Part shown: positions 62,084 through 64,000 of the stretch, one piece after another | Numbering within the stretch: position 1 is the first letter of the stretch | How the letters are laid out: the number at the start of each line of letters is the position of its first letter | Assembly (NCBI RefSeq): GCF_037042905.1 | Contig: NC_087251.1 | Coordinates: 39,558,001 to 39,622,000, forward strand | Origin: Lytechinus pictus | Lineage: Eukaryota | Direction: 5' to 3' | Length of the DNA: 64,000 nt | The notes under the pieces: model-generated | Seen by the model: the letters and a program-made list of their open reading frames with translations, nothing else | Told to the model about the DNA's origin: nothing | The model's database searches: none | Program-made: the position numbers and the translations under genes

Positions 62084-62733
62084 CAGTTGAGGCCAGAAGT
62101 TTACATACACCCAGGAAAAAAAAAAAAGTTGACACTTACCAAACATCATATAGTTTACTGTATCTTATAAAATATTTGTACCATCATGACGAATTTGATA
62201 TCAAACAAATGAGTATGTCATGCTCCTTCATCACATTGCTTTGTCATCAGGAGCTGAAAAATATTTAAGTGTCATTTTTTTCCTCAAAATCTTTATATTT
62301 TAGACAAATTAAAAATAAAAACTTGACAAAAACATTTCATATTTGTGCTAGTTACTTCTTAACACAAACATTTCAGATTACACTTTTTTGTTCAGTGGTG
62401 ACATATCATGATAGAAAATGTAATAAAAATCATATCATAGATTTGACATTTATATATTTCTATGAAACAATGTTTGAAAATATAACAAACAATAGAATAC
62501 ATTTGGCACAAATATTCCTTTTTTTTTCTTCAAAGAAAATTCCACCAGAAATATACTTTAATCCCAACAGCATCCCAATCATGTGAAATAACTGATTACG
62601 CTCTTTCGTTTGATTCCAAATTCGTCATGGTAGTATTTATAGTTCTCAAGATATAGTCAATTTTACGATGTTTGGCAAGCAAACAAATTTCACTGAATTA
62701 CTTTAGATGTATGTAAACTTTTGGCCTCAACTG
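62084..62733. mobile_element. Tc1-like non-autonomous transposon, 650 bp
   Basis: TA|CAGTTGAGGCCAGAAGTTTACATACA ... TGTATGTAAACTTTTGGCCTCAACTG inverted termini. Confidence 0.85.
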
Positions 62734-62779
62734 TGTATCAGTAGAGATAGCTAACCCTAAACCTATTTACTGACCAGGA

Positions 62780-63975
62780 CAATTTAACAGACATATTGAC
62801 AGACAAAGGGAGAATTGGACAGACATCATGAGAGATAAAATTACACATCAAGAGATACAGACATGTTGATTACACAATTAGAACTGGACAGATATATTAA
62901 GAGAAGGTTGCATACTAACAGAGACTGGCATATTGACAGAGACAGTGACAAAGGCAGTGAACTTGATAAACCTATCAACAGACAATGTCAGTTGAAGAGA
63001 CATATTGACAGAAGCAATGAGAATTGGACAGACACTTTGAGAAATGGACAGATGTATTTACATAAGCAACGAGAATTGGGCATACATATTGACAGACAGT
63101 GAGAAATGGATAGGCATATTGACAGACACACTTAAGAAATGGACATTGACAGACAGTGAAAATTGGACAGACATATTGAGAAGAAACAGTGAGAAATGGA
63201 CAGACATAAAAAAACACAGTGAGAATTGAACAGACACAATGACAGACACAGTTAACAATTGACGTATACACTGACAGAGACTGAGAATTGGACGAACATA
63301 TTATCAGACACAGTGAGAATTGGACAGACACATTGACTCTTCAGGAGATACAGACATATTGTTAGACGCATTGAGAACTAGAAAGTTATATTGAGAGAAA
63401 ATTACATACCAAGAGACTGACATATTAATAGAGACAGACATATGGAGAGAGTAACTCATGTATATTGATATACATGTAGACTGGCATGTTGTCATGCTGA
63501 CAGACAGTGACAAACAGACAAATTGACAGAGACAGTCAACTTGATAAACCTATCAACAGACAATGTCAATTGAGGAGATAAATTGACAGAGGGATTGAAA
63601 ATTGGACAGACAAAGTGAGAATGGGACAGGCATATTGACAGACACAGTGAGAATTGGACAGACATATTAACATTTGCAGTGAGATTTGGACAGACATATT
63701 GTCAGAGATAGTGAGAAATGGACAGACATATTGACAGACACAGTAAGAAATTGACAGGCACAGTGTGAAACGAACAAATATATCGTTGTCAAACACGGTA
63801 AGAAATGGAAAGACATATTGACATAGTGAGAAATGGACAGAAATATTGACAGACACAGTCAGAAATTGGTAGACATATTGATAGACGCAGTGAGATATTG
63901 ACAGACAGTGATAATTCGAAAGGCATATTGACAGACAAAGTGAAAATTGACATACACAGTGAGAAATAGATAGTG
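62780..63975. repeat. ~32-bp degenerate minisatellite (GACAGACATATTGACAGACACAGTGAGAATTG-like)
   Basis: Directly visible. Confidence 0.88.
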
Positions 63976-64000
63976 TGTGCATTTGAGTTTTGTCAGACGT

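Overview
AT-rich, repeat-dense eukaryotic (animal) genomic DNA; the SINE/MITE/microsatellite content looks like a marine invertebrate deuterostome such as a sea urchin (inference). Most of the window is one + strand gene encoding a RasGRP-family Ras/Rap GEF (REM, CDC25, two EF-hands, C1, TQT motif, coiled coil, C-terminal DTTV). I assembled 16 coding exons from 2646 to 58781 (2415 nt, 804 aa plus stop) with consistent splice phases. The model works only with two unusual events. (i) An 18.6-kb U12-type AT-AC intron at 5182-23806. (ii) A 2-nt micro-exon 'AG' at 49395-49396, needed to keep the CDC25 domain in frame. Other notable features: degenerate tandem copies of the last codons plus stop in the 3' UTR, one exon with nearly 100% GC3, a SINE with a 7SL-like head, a deleted DIRS-type element, and many MITEs, SINEs, LINE ends and satellites. 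Most ORFs in the supplied track are artefacts of repeats.
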